Positions 12,885-27,704 of a stretch of 64,000 nucleotides of DNA are shown piece after piece. The stretch's first letter is position 1. Each line of letters starts with the position of its first letter. Under the pieces are notes generated by a model, which did not search any database, had not been told where the DNA came from, and saw only the letters and a list, made by a program, of their open reading frames with translations. This DNA comes from Octopus sinensis. Lineage: Eukaryota. The DNA lies in contig NC_042998.1 of assembly GCF_006345805.1 (NCBI RefSeq), forward strand, positions 89,590,001-89,654,000. The letters run 5' to 3'. The position numbers and the translations under genes were made by a program.

Positions 12885-13764
12885 TTAAATAGGTTTCCAG
12901 GGAAGATTGGTAGGCACACATTTGTTCAACAACTCATTGCAACAGTGCAAATAATTGAAACACTGGACTTCTAGTTTGCGCCTCTCATTACCTGTCACTG
13001 AACTATAGGTCAAAAGCGGAGCAATTTCCTTTCCTAATTATCAGATTTCATTGCTGCTCATTTCCTAACATCTGTTCATGGGATGTAGCCAGATTTCGCT
13101 GGTTAAAGGCTTTCGCTCAATAATTCTGCCTGAGATTTCCATCCAGTCTCAGGCTAAAAAACACTAAGGGCCGCGAGGAGTTCACAAGCCTATCTTGTCT
13201 GAATGCTGTAACTCCCTATGTGACTATGTATTTATTTTGTGTGTGTTGTGTATAATGTATATGTACATTCTAGTGTGTGAGTTAAAGAGAATAAACTTTG
13301 AATATTTTTCAGTTTCGATGAATGTGTGTGAGTTGGGGTTGAGTCAGTTTCAGTACATAAACATATCTACACATGCACAGAGAATTATCATTTAAGTAGG
13401 CTAACAAACCTAATACTTCATACACATACACGTACAGGTACGAGCATCTACTTACGTGCGTTCATGTATGTGCGTGAGTGCATGCATACATGTGTGCGTG
13501 TATGTGTGTGTGTGTGTACATATATAAAACGTTAATGCAGACATCTAAATACAAATAAACTGTCACATCTCTGAATTTACACACATAAACCCCAATTCAC
13601 AAACACGATATCTATATTTTTTGTTTATTTATGTTTGAGTGTATGTTTCCATGACTGTGTACATGTATATGTATATTGTAAAGATTAGAATAATCTTTCC
13701 ATCTCGGGTTGTTTACCAACTTTGTTTATCGGGAGTTGTGTGTGTATATGAGGCTAGATAATAT

Positions 13765-13900
13765 CACTGTCCCTCTTTAGCCTCTTCAATCCTACAACGC
13801 ATATATATATGTCATGAGGAAACCAAATACTAGAGATCGGTGAATAGCGAGATATTCTCAAACTGTACTGTAGGCTTGAAGAGGCTGAAGAGGACCAGTG
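13765..13900. mobile_element. 136-bp CACTG...CAGTG MITE (CMC-superfamily-like)
   Basis: The left arm CACTGTCCCTCTTTAGCCTCTTCAATCCTACA matches the reverse complement of the right arm at 28 of 32 positions. ATAT flanks both sides, so the TSD is AT or ATAT. Confidence 0.7.
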
Positions 13901-13904
13901 ATAT

Positions 13905-13922
13905 TTATATATATATATATAT

Positions 13923-13980
<58 letters not shown>

Positions 13981-13988
13981 GAGAGAGA
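13905..13988. repeat. (TA)n then (GA)n microsatellite
   Basis: Directly visible. Confidence 0.95.
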
Positions 13989-14230
13989 AAGGAACACACA
14001 GAAAGGATTTAGAAACTACTGTAAAATCACTTGATTTTTCACCAAAATTAAAATTGAAGTTACTGTTCGTATTTCACCCTCATCATTTTTACAATAAAAA
14101 AAATACAATAATTTCATATGCTCCATTATTCATTAGATTTGTTTCATTATATCTGAATGAAATGTAAAACAGAAGAAGTGTCGTTACACATATAAATCTA
14201 TACATTCATACCTACACATTTTATTTTTAG

Positions 14231-14331
14231 TCCCTCTAGTTTATGTTGAGCACTATGTCAGCTTCGATCAAACGTGCCGTATCTGGTACATTCTAAGTCA
14301 CCCAAGCGACAAAACACAGGTCTCTTGTTGA
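14231..14331 (+). CDS. Candidate terminal coding exon; product unknown
   Basis: Acceptor TTTTATTTTTAG| in phase 1 gives VPLVYVEHYVSFDQTCRIWYILSHPSDKTQVSC*. It is followed by about 1.5 kb of repeat-free, UTR-like sequence with AATAAA at 15808. Confidence 0.3.
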
Positions 14332-16156
14332 ATTGATCATACTTCTGCCTAGCTGAAGACCAAACCTCACATACCAACATGTTCTGATGAATCGTTATGA
14401 GGTGCAGTATGACAACCTGTACATGTTTTATATTCACACCGCCTCTACTTATTTTCATTTCTTTTGTTGCAATACATTCTCCAAATCTATCGAAGTATCA
14501 AGTCATAAATGAAATGATTTTAGTAGCGGCTGTTATTGCTGTTTCATCGCAGAGAAGGATAATCGGAACCATGTAAAGTCTTTTTTACATTATCATTAAA
14601 TATTTATTTATTTGACAGTTGACAACAGGTTACTCTCAGCAATCAGAAAATGCCATTTTTGTGTGCGTTATTTTCTCTCTATGCCTACTTTCTTTTGTTT
14701 CTGTTTACATAGCTTCCGTGTCTAATTTTCTTTGGACGGAGGTGAAGGATTTTAGGAGAGATAGTTTCGTTATCAATTAATGCTTATTTTTTCTTTTTCT
14801 ACACCATGTAATCGTCTTTTTGTTTTACATGCATGGCCATTTAGTTGCTCATGATGCTTGCAACATTCATGTTTGCATATGAGTTTGTAAATTACATTAG
14901 TTGTCTGAAATTTAATCAGTAGCTTATAGGCTTGTGGTTTATTGTTAATGAGATTTTTTTTCGGTTAATGCATTATTAATGGAATCATTACAAATGCAAG
15001 GTTATGATGGATGTTGCGTTATGCGAGGAGATTATTTACATCATCTGCTCTATAGCCTAGATACATTTAATTCGTGTGATACATATATCTTTTGTTTATG
15101 TCCTTCGTTAAGTGGATGTAAGTGGATGTAGTCAATAGCCTAAAGGTTATGGCGATATTTTCACGAAGATACAACCCTGGACTCCATTTTAGGATCTAGT
15201 AGCGTATTGGATCCTTAAGCCAGGGACTTTATTTTACATTGCTCCCGTCTGCTCAACCGAAAATTGAGTATCAGACAAGTGCTAGTTCATCTTGCCCAGC
15301 TTCGTTCTACAGGGTCAGAAGTGGGAGAGTCGAGTAGGTGTCTACATCTGCAAACGACTACATAAGCACTCAAAACAATTAGCAAAAGCATAGTACATTC
15401 TACTATGTCATGCTAGCTGCAAGTGAAGGCTATAATTATTTATTACGTTCAATTGATTGAATCGTTCAAGAGCTTCAAGTCTGAAAATATTTAACATTTA
15501 TTGACTAGTTTTATTCTGTTAATTTTGTGTTGCTGTGCATCTTAACGTGTAGGCTGGAGATGAAATGTTCTACTCGGTAGAGGTTTTATAAATGATGTTT
15601 TGTATCTGCGAGCATTCAGTGTTCCCATGTATATATAAGCATTTATTAGTTTGATTAATGCATACTGATGTCATGTTTAATGTTGTCCCTTATTCTCATA
15701 TGGAAATTTAAAACTGAAATTTTTAAGTAGCATATATTCTTAGCTATTTTATCCAGTGGTGTATATCAAAATCAAAGAATATTGTTATTTTCGAATTTTA
15801 GAAATGAAATAAAACTTATTAACCCTTCGTGGGCCGGTGGGGCTGGAATTACACAACAGGCCAGGGTTCCACTTTTATTTTTGCGCATTTCCGCACTATT
15901 CATAAAGTAATATTTGTTTAATCTTGTATATACGTCTGAGTGCATGATACAGGACAAGAAATTCAGCACAAAAATGCATACACATGCATATAAGTATACC
16001 ACACACACATACACCTTCCTAAACCTTAAAGTGCATATACACAAACTTGTAACTGCACATACATGTAACCATATTCAGACAATAGTTTTAAATACATATA
16101 ATACAGAACTTACATACCATCACGGTATCACAGTAAATAGAAAATACACATGAATG

Positions 16157-16177
16157 TAACCCTAACCCTAACCCTAA
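16157..16177. repeat. Short interstitial telomere-like (TAACCC)3 tract
   Basis: TAACCCTAACCCTAACCCTAA. Confidence 0.8.
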
Positions 16178-16618
16178 TCACAGTATCACATATTTAAAAC
16201 CCCACTGTCCATACAAGATAGTAGAGTTTGGCTGCAGTTAAATTTTAGAACTCCTGCTCACAGGTGTTTCACTGTTTTCCCTTTGTTAAGCCAAAACTTG
16301 CATATACAAACGTTTCACACACATACTCCTGCACATAAGCACAAAGACATACATGCACATTCGCTCATAGCCTACAACCATATGTTCACACACACTTCTA
16401 AGAATACTTACAAATGCACACAAATGTTTTTATGAGTTGTTGTGATGCTATTAATTCTAGTTTTATGCTGTTGTTTTTAATTTTATACATATTCACACGC
16501 AAATCTTTAAACTACTTGCGTAGTAGAAAAGAAATACACAGATGCAAACCGTAAAATGCATGCATATATTTTACCCTTTTTAAAAGTATACTTATATTTA
16601 CACATTACGAAGCCTAGC

Positions 16619-17199
16619 CATTCTTTTCTACTCTAGGCACACGGCCCGAAATTTGGCGGGAGGGAGCCAGTCGATTAGGTCTACCTCAGTACGCAACTGG
16701 TATTTAATTTATTGACCCCTAAAGGATGAAAAGCAAAATCAACCTCCGCGAAATTTGAACTCAGAACGCAGACAGACGAAATACAACAAAACATTTCGGC
16801 CGGCGTGCTAACGTTTCATATTTCTTTATTGCCACAAGGGGCTAAACATAGAGGCGACATACAAGGACAAACAAAGGGATTAAGTCGATTACATCGACAC
16901 TGAAAGGATGAAAGGCAAAGTCAACCTCGGCGGAATTTGAACTCAGAACGTAACGGCAAATGAAATACCTATTTCTTTACTACCCACAAGGAGCTAAACA
17001 CAGAGAGGACAAACAAGGACAGACAAACGGATTAAGTTGATTATATCGACCCCAGTAACTGGTACTTATTTAATCGACCCTGAAAGGAGGAAAGGCAAAG
17101 TCGACCTCGGCGGAATTTGAATTCAGAACGTTACGGCAGACGAAATACCGCAAAGCATTTCACCCGGCGTGCTAACGTTTCTGCCAGCTCGCCGCCTTC
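16619..17199 (-). mobile_element. Composite family-A SINE (long-tail dimer plus 5'-clipped short-tail unit) bounded by one 12-bp TSD
   Basis: ACGAAGCCTAGC occurs at 16607-16618 and 17200-17211. Three SINE cores lie between, with a complete head only at the 17199 end. Confidence 0.85.
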
Positions 17200-19539
17200 A
17201 CGAAGCCTAGCAATTACTCATACCCATACTTCAAGAACTGCATAGATTATTTTCCCTATATTTTGCGCCATAGGTATTATTACTCATGTTAATGACTAGG
17301 AAAACGCAAGTTCTGCATTATATATCTTCGTGTCAGCATAACCCTACCTTTTATGCATTTCTACGTTACCCTAAATGGAAATGCTTTCGAAAACCCGGGT
17401 AATTGTTAGCTTCATTTTCATAGCGTTCAAGAAAGAAAGATACATTTTTTATTTGATAGTACACTAGTCAACCGCAAATAACTTGCAACATTTCCATTAG
17501 TTCTAATGCCGATCCCCGTCGACAGCTAGACAAACAAAATAAATGCAACGATTTGAACTCGTAATACTTTAATACTCAATCAAACATTCCGCCACTGAAT
17601 TGCCAGACCAATATGTACGGCTAAATTCTAACGACTAATCTCGATTTCATTTCGTTTTTATTCTGTTGCTTTTATGTGATAAACAGAATACTTGACAGAC
17701 CTAATCTAGCAAGATATCTGAAGAATTCCTCGTCTCAGTCTTGACGTATCTTTCTAATCTGCTTAAGTGATTTTAGAACATCCTGTTGCAGATTTTAGCT
17801 GTCAGCTATATTCTCCGAAAATGTTGTTCTGCCCTTCCCATTTCTTCTTTCTGAAAATAATAAAACTAGTTAAAAAAAAAAGACATATGCCTTATATTTA
17901 TTTTATGATCGTTTCTTGCTCCTGTGACTGACGATGGCCTGGGTTCGTAGCCTGTGAAGAATTTCTTGAAAAGAGAGTAAATTATAATTGGAAAATTTTG
18001 AGAGTGATGGATATTCTTTTCTAACTGATATACATACGTTAGAAACTAAGACATTAGAAAGATATCTTCATTCGTAAGAACATTCGCACATTCAATTTTC
18101 ATAAACTGTCTTAGAACATAGACATAGAGGAAGTAATAGATCATAGAGGAGACTATAAAACGACTTCATATAAGTGATTGACTTACGAGGAATTTTTCAA
18201 GTTACTTTTCCATCTAATTTGTATAATGGTATGGGATTATAAATGTTTATTCTGAATATACATATAAATGTCATGAAAAGGTGTCATAGACCTTATTTAT
18301 ATATCAAAAAATTGGAAGTTGTCCCATATTTAACTTCATCTTATATTCTGAGATGAAGCAAAGTGGCAGAATATGCTATTGAACAAGTAACTACCGGCGT
18401 TTCTTTGTATTTCTGGTATACCTTATTCTAAATGTCTCAGTTTACGAGACAGAGCTGTCAACATTTATTTACCTGGCTGTCAAACGTTATAACTTGTGTG
18501 AGTTACCTGAAAGAGAGAGAGAGGGGGGAGGGAGAGAGAGTGATCCTATCAAAGATGAGCTTTAGGTCACATATAATTTTATACACATATGGTGTTCATA
18601 TCATACTATAATGAGGAATGTATGGTATTTTGGGATAAATATGTTAGAATAGAGACTGGGAGCATACGACTCCTGGAAGATGCAGCGATTACAGGTTATT
18701 TCATTGAAAAGTAGGTTTCTAAATCAATGACAGTTCTGTGAATAAGGTCACAGATGTTGGTAACAGTTAATACTGTTCTTAATGTGAATGTTGTCATTCT
18801 GTTGAATGAATTTTGATTTTGTTTATTGATAAGTACAATTTTAGCACTCGAAGGACAGCCAACTCTGCAAGAGTAGGCTAATTAATTTCGGCTTATAAAG
18901 AAGCCAAAATCTATTTACATATTTTCTTAGCCTTAGATATAGCAACAGACTATGTATCTCTGAGTTTGTGATTCAATTTCCAGATGGTGAAAGTACGATT
19001 CAGTAACATAGCTTTTTGAGTCAATACAATATCTTAGCAGCTAGCTAGTTATATGACTACTTTGGGAAATAAATTGATTTACTTATTTATAATTAGAGAA
19101 ATATCAAGCAGTCGGATGAAAAGCAATATTTGCGGTCTTGTGTTTTAGTCTGGCAATTCAAAACAAGGTTTTAAAAAGAAATTCGCATTTATCTATATCA
19201 GTTAGTTTAGACAAGTGAAAAACGTTACAACGTAGCTTACTAAGTTGTTTCTGGCAGTTAGTTACATCAGTCTATGTCCTGAATTCAAATCCCGTTGGAG
19301 TAAAGTTTACCTTTCATCCTATATCAAGAACTGGGGTATATTAAACCGACAGACCCCTACTCGCAAAGAATATGATCTTGCGCTTAGGCTAAACATTATT
19401 ATTAATGAGGTAAAGGTGGTTGGTGTATAGTTATGGTACGGTACTAAACTCTTTGCCTTTCGTTTCGTTATACTCAATAAATAGGCATTTATTGGCGTTG
19501 ATTCAATCATATCACCTGCTAACGAATACATAGAGGAAT

Positions 19540-19720
19540 AAACATGTCGTTAAGAATTTCGCTTCGCAATCGTGTGACTTCAAGATTCTATTCCAGCGTG
19601 CTGCACCTTTGTCAAGTAACTTCTAGTAGTACCTTGTAGCCTTATGTTAACCGCTGCTTTGTGAGTGGAATTTCATGGACGGAAATCGCAGGGAAGCCCA
19701 TCGTGCACATATTTATATGT
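19540..19720 (+). mobile_element. Old family-B (CORE-type) SINE head
   Basis: Degenerate match to the family-B head: GCACCTTTGTCAAGTAACTTC...TTGTGAGTGGAATTT...GACGGAAA. Confidence 0.5.
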
Positions 19721-19811
19721 GTTGATGAGAGTTTCTATTTACTTATCTGTCATTATGATTGCACCGATTTCAGCAGTTGCTGTCATTTATCAATTGTCCC
19801 ATGACGTCAAG

Positions 19812-19862
<51 letters not shown>

Positions 19863-21101
19863 AATTAGTGTACGCTTTTATCCACAAAAGAGGTGACCTT
19901 AACAGAACACCTTACATACTGGAAAGGGCAGTTAAAGCCCTCACCACGAATAAGAGTAATTTCAAAGGGAATGAAAAATAAAACATTTCAATAGTTACCC
20001 TTAAACCCGAGTTTCAACATCAATGTGCAAATAAAATAATTTGCCATCCATATTACTTTTATCGTATATATATACACTGGCCATGTCCGATGGCCAAAAT
20101 TTATGAAAGAGTATAAAAATAGCAGTTAACACACTTTAAATATAATACCCTATCAGTGTACCTTTTCATGCGCTATATTTGGATTGCATGTTCTCTAAGT
20201 CTCTAAGTTACTGCTAAAGTTCTACGTCTCTATCACACATGAAAGGGATATCACCACCATCACTACCACCAATACTCTACAAGACTCAAGAAAAACCTTT
20301 ATTGTCGAAAATAAAATTTTCATTAAATCAACTAAGACTCGCTTACCAATCACACTGCACACCGTTTTCCCTTCTGCTTTTTCAACAGCATCAGCAACAA
20401 TTGTTCTTCAATAGACCTAGCGAGATAATAGCATCTCCGGCCAAGCCTAACTGATCCACAATTTTGTTTCTCTCCCCTTCATATCCTTCTCATTCTGTCT
20501 TTACTCGTCTTTACTAAAAGCAAATTTTAATCAATCTGTCCCACAAGAAAATCCTTCCTCTGCAGACATTTTTACTACAGACATGTATGTGCAACAATCT
20601 AAATGTACATAAAAGAAGTTATCTTAGGCCTGCATCAATTAAGCCAATCTGAATGTAAATGTCATGAGTGCTTCCCTTATTTTGCTTAAGTTCAATTTTT
20701 AAAGAAACAATCCGATTTAGACGTGCTAAAATGATTCGTACGATATATTTTTGATAACGTTTAGTAAAAGTGAAATTAGATGTAACTATGCAACTGATCA
20801 GGTAATAATATGAATGTATGGTCGGACTCTTATACCTGCTTGAGTTCATTTTCTATTTTAGAAATACGACTGGGAAATTGAGTTTAGTTTATATGCCAAA
20901 GTTAAATTAAAAGACTGCTAAAGTAAATAACTGCTTATCGTAAGATTAAGTAAATGAAACATCCAGGTTAAGTTGACACAATTCAAACATCATTTCAGCA
21001 TGAACTTATATTAAAATGTAATTTCAAAGGAAACTGTTAATTAGTGATAAAATGAATGACGTGGTGCCCTCTTCTCACTCTCTCAATCTATTTTCATCTT
21101 G

Positions 21102-21104
<3 letters not shown>

Positions 21105-21170
<66 letters not shown>

Positions 21171-21210
21171 TATCTATGTTTTTGTTTGCATGCACGCACA
21201 CACACACACG

Positions 21211-21242
<32 letters not shown>

Positions 21243-21252
21243 TATATATATA
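21105..21252. repeat. (CT)n, (CA)n and (TA)n microsatellites
   Basis: Directly visible. Confidence 0.95.
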
Positions 21253-24200
21253 AACATGCATACATATTTATAGTTATGTATATGCGTGTGTTTGTATGTG
21301 TGTGTATATAAAACATAGCATATCCATAAAAGAAGTTACCTCAGGACAATTACTGCCGTAACTAGCCTATCAACACTATGTATATATTATGCACGATGGC
21401 TATTCTAAATAAATACTACCTCAATTGAATATACCTGACTTTAATCAGCCGGACGTCTAGTCACAACGTCAGTGAATGTTTTGTTCGCTTTCTGCCTTTA
21501 TCAAAGATGATGAATTCTCGTCCCAGCATGTAACTGACAGCGCGTATGTGCTGTTGAAATAGCCCAAAAAGCTGAAATGCATGTTGCGCATTCGCTAGCT
21601 GCTACTGGAACGAATGTTCGTCTATGATTATTACGTTATTAACACTGCAAGTTCATAAGAGATGTTGTCCTTGGACAAATTATTAAATAAGATAAAGATA
21701 ACAATTTCTCTCTTTCTCTCTCTCTCTCACTCTCTCTCTCTCTCACTCTCTCTCTCTCTCTCTCTCTCGATATATATATATATATATATATATATAAAGA
21801 TAGATAGGTAGAGAGAGAGAGAGAGATGCTTTCGCTTAGTAAAGCGATACTAATAACCAGTTGTTGAAACTCACTATACTTGTTCATCAAAGTATCAGTA
21901 AAGCATCATATAGAGATCCTCAATTAATGCATGACAAAGGAACAAGAATTGCGTGTCAGATGCATTGCATTTCCAGCTGAGTACTTGTATGACATAACTT
22001 CCTCAGAGTCATTTAAACCATTTAAATATCCACTTTTCGCAACTAAATTCTATATTTCAATATACGTAAATCGAAATGACTCGGGATAAGTAAAGTCTAT
22101 TGCAGATGCACAGTCACGAACAGCTGCACCCAGTGCTTCCAATGCAGCTCGTATATCATAGCGGAACACAAAATATAAAATAAAAATAAAAAACAAATAC
22201 AGCTTAAACTGGAATTTGAACAGCAATGTATTCCAAATAATAATTACTTTTCACTTTATACAAAGGGGGCAGGTATTAATGCATTAAGAGTGGGGTGATT
22301 GTTATTTTTTTAATCCAGTTCAAAATAGCGTGCCAAAATATCGTGAAATATCATAGCGTGTAGCATGTAAGTTACAGGAACTTAACCAAGGAGTTTTATG
22401 TATCAGTCTAGAGTCAATGAATTGACTACTTCCCTTGTGCCAAGTTACTGTGCCATGAATTCAGTTAAGTGTTACTCAATAAGGTATGATATAATGTACT
22501 GAAGAAAGTCACAAAGATGAGAGAAGGGTATAACTGACTGAACTGTCCGGTTGCTTTCCTAGGTTTAAAAATCACAAAATAGAGCTATAATAGTAAGACA
22601 ATGGGCTTCAACCTATGTGTGATAGGATATCCATAGAAAAACTAAACTGATCTGAGTACTTGCTTTATAGGACTATTAAATCGACCTAAGTGACTATTCT
22701 AAACACTATTGAAAGTAAAATTGACTCCGTGACATTTGGACATAGCACGTGAAGAACTGTAACTAAGTACTGCAAGCCTTTCTCCTATCTTATTTTAGCT
22801 TTTTAGGGACCCTCGGTGGCGGCTCGTAGATAAAATTAGTGGGGGTGCTGCTTGAGAAAATTTTGAGCTGCTGTTTTAATACTGTGTAAAAGGAAATATA
22901 TAAAAAGAAAATTTATACATAAACTTGATTGGTTCGCGTTTTAGCCACTGTCGAGCAGTGTGTTTAATTTGTTCACTGAACACCGCCGCAAATTCCCCCT
23001 TGTTTTTCAAAAATCCCCACTAAATCAAAAAATAAGAGGGAAAAATAAGGGGTGAAAATCTGCCCTATTTTTCACATCCTGGCAGAAATACTGAAGCTGA
23101 AAGCAGGATAATAATCTAATTCTACACTTTATCACGTTCAAGAATATAAACACGTTTGTAAGCACGCGCAGTCAAAAAGAAACACTACCTTTCACCGACA
23201 CTGCGTGAACGACAGTGCTCTCTCTACCTAGCGTGAAGCCTCCTGTCTCGGACAGCCAAACACAGCGTCGCTGGAACTGTGAAGCGCACAATTCTACAGA
23301 AGGATTTTTGCATTTTTCTTCATGGACTAGGGGATGGCTACTGACATTAAGCTTAAGGATTATATAATATACAAATATAAAGAAAGAATTAAAGGAAAAA
23401 GGACTCATTATATTGAATGTTATCGATAATATCGAGTGGAAATAGGGGTGCTGCAGTTTCGAAGTGCCTATATACGAGTCGCCACTGGTGACCCTGCATC
23501 TTTTTACACGTCTTCACCTTGAGAAATCCACTGAGTTCTTTAAATGAGGCTTCTTTGGTTTCTGTCTCAAATTCATATGTTCCATGTTGCTGCTTCATAT
23601 TCAAAACATTTTTGCCACTGAGATTTGCATCGTGCTAGACAAGCAACTCTGACGTTTTATGATATCCATTGTCTATTTTATACATTCCTCGACGTGATCA
23701 AAATTGAGTGATTTCTGTTTCAATGCTTGTAACTTCAATTATTATTTCTTCACTAAATGTATTTTATTATGCAACCGTTTCAAAAACAATCCCTTTTCAC
23801 CACCATGTATAATTTGTTTATCAATATAACAATTCAATATAACATAGCATCTTTAATATATGCTTGTGTGTGCATGTGTTTGTGTCTGTCTGTGTGTATG
23901 TCTGTCAGTCTGTCTCTCTGTATCTGTGCGTGTGTGCGTGTGTGTGTGTGTGTATAAGGACGCTATTCTTCAGTTAGGGACGCTATTGTTCCTCTCCTAC
24001 CCCTGTTTGTGGACTGTACTGAGTGAATCCTTTGAGATGAGAATTACATCTCAACGAAACTCGTGTAAAATTATACGACGCATGTGTTTCTTATGCGAGT
24101 GAGTTCATATTTTCTCAATGAACCGTGTTGGTGTTAGTGAGGGAGAGAGAATAGGAGGGAGTTGGTTCTCGACCTACATGACACCAATTAAAAATAGGAC

Positions 24201-24261
24201 AAAGTAGCTGACCCGCGAGTAAATATACTCATCGTCATCGCTTTTACTCTTCTTTTTCACA

Positions 24262-24348
24262 TTCTTCTTCTTCTTCTTCTTCTTCTTCTTCTCTTCTTCT
24301 TCTTCTTCTTCTTCTTCTTCTCTTCTTCTTCTTCTTCTTCTTCTTCTT
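24262..24348. repeat. (CTT)n microsatellite
   Basis: Directly visible. Confidence 0.95.
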
Positions 24349-25681
24349 TATGCAGACTGATATTCAACAATTTATCAATATTCTCTCACCAAACCCAAAA
24401 AATCCCACTATACTTGTTTAACTTGTTTGGAAAGAGGATATGAAGGAAGAGGTGTTGTAGAAAGGAGACGACGGCTACCTAGTAAAGGGGGAAACCTGCT
24501 TTTATGTGCTCCATAAAGGTAGCTAGCTTATATGGTAAATAATACGTCTAGTTTTAAGCAGTCCACTATAGTTTAACTCGATTGTCGTCGACAGACTAGA
24601 CATCTATCCACCTCACTCATTATAACCAAACACACACACACACACAGACGCACAAGCACACACCTAACATATTCAAAGTGCGTAGGTGTCAGGTGATCAG
24701 TGATCAGTGTGCAAAGAGAAACATAGCTGAGCGACGATAGGAAATAGACGGACCGCACCACCCCACATATATCTCAGTGTGTGTCTGTGTCTGTGTGTGT
24801 ATGAGAGAGAGAGACAGACAGAGAGAGAGAGAGAGTGTGTGTGTACAAAATCACGTCTGTCTTCGTGCATACAAGCTAGTAGAAGCAAGTTATTTTTGTA
24901 CATATGTTCGTGCATGTCTCTGAGTATGTGTGGGTGCCTGCTTGTGAACTGTAGATATTTATGTCAACGTGTACTTGCAATTGTATGTCTTCATCAATGA
25001 ATATATTTATGCATGCGGGTGCTTTTCTGTTAGTACTTTCGTGTGTTGTTACAGCCTGTGAAAACTGAGTGAGCAAAAAATTGTTAGAGACACACACACA
25101 CACAGTGTGTATGTTTTTGTGTATGCATGTGTGTGTGCTTGCGCACATACCTCATATCGGAAACACCGGGCTTGTGAAAATGAAATAGGTTCATCCGCTG
25201 TCTTACATATCGGACATCTAATACGAGTGTATACGTACATTCATACGTGTATGCATGCGCGCGTGCACACACACTTACAGACACACATATTATCGTATAA
25301 CTTGCTGAAATCACACTTCTTTCATTCCCTCTTTAGCGCTATCAATCTCCTTTGAAGAAAATCAGTTCGCCTTCCCATACAATCAGTGCTCATTTGCTTG
25401 AAACACAAGATCTTACAATCTTAGATGACCTGAGAAGATTTGTGTAGTTTTTTAACTTGCTAGAAATAGTAACCAAATCTTCTTTAAATCACTCTTTACA
25501 ATATTAAAGAAAAGGATCCATAAGATAATGGGAAATATTAAATCAGTTGCCCGAGGAGCTTCTGCGTTGTTACTCAACGTGCTCAAAATAGGAATCAAAT
25601 TCTCCTCAAATCACATATAGATTATTGCAAACAAATTTACGCACTGTGTACCGCAGTAAATCAAATTCATACACGCAGTGC

Positions 25682-26811
<1,130 letters not shown>

Positions 26812-27633
26812 TCAAATTAAGGAAGTGCAATAATAATGTTTATCAGTTCAAAACTGTGAGTAGTGAAATGCAGAATTAGGTTGGCTGATCGTGAGAATCA
26901 AATATTGATCTCTTCGCTAAAATCTGCAGGTGGTATGGATTAATTCCCTTGGGTTGTTTAAATAAAATATTAGTAATATGTAGTAGATATAAGGGTCCAT
27001 TGAAAGGGCCCTATTATCGATTTTTTTTCAACAATCTAAGTATGTCACGAAGTTTCCAGACATGAGTTCTACTCACGTGTCACGTTTCATCAACATCAAT
27101 AAAACGATGTAGGAGGAGTTAGTTAACAACGCCACAAACAAATATACACCAGTTTTTTACATTTGTAGTATATCCTGCTATCCAAAATGGCAGGATCTAT
27201 GTAAACACATTTCTTTGACTGTATTCTTCTGAAGATATGCCTTTACGCCCGAAATATAAAGGTTTGTAAAACTTTCTCCATTGTTAGAAGCTTTCCTTAT
27301 TTCTCATATCATTTATTATTCTTTCTACTTCTATACTACGATGCTTCTAGCAAACTATAACGCTCTTCTAAACATCAACTAAATTAGCATTACTCTACAG
27401 CTCCTATATTTCTGTAGGTGAGGATCACCGAAGACCATTGAATGGACACTTCTTATTTACGTTATAATCTACAAAGTATCAGGTATAAATATCACTGTTT
27501 TAACCGTAATTATGGACTCTTTGAGGCGCCCTTTCATTTAATATAACATATTATGTATCATAAAGATGGTCGGAAACTCCTTCAGGAAATTTGCTTAAGA
27601 ACGTTGAGCGACAATCTTTGAGTATTTTCTCTT

Positions 27634-27701
<68 letters not shown>

Positions 27702-27704
27702 ATA

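Noticed and set aside
15174-15225. Hairpin CCCTGG...GGATC...GATCC...CCAGGG as a pre-miRNA
   Set aside because: A large asymmetric bulge and short stems do not fit Drosha/Dicer geometry.
15818-15870. TTAA-CCCTT piggyBac-like left end
   Set aside because: No matching AAGGG-TTAA right end found in the window.
17695-17850. Minus-strand acceptor followed by protein-like text (QQDVLKSLKQIRK...DEEFFRYLARL)
   Set aside because: Stops occur in all frames soon after the acceptor; cannot be assigned.
21505-21576. C/D-box snoRNA-like ATGATGA...CTGA...CTGA spacing
   Set aside because: No terminal stem and no recognisable rRNA or snRNA antisense guide.
22810-22952. hAT-type MITE (CGGTGGCGG...GCCACTG)
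   Set aside because: Terminal match is only a few bases and there is no 8-bp TSD.
23504-23620. Possible minus-strand exon HDANLSGKNVLNMKQQHGTYEFETETKEASFKELSGFLK
   Set aside because: Weak acceptor, no recognisable homology and no supported partner exon.
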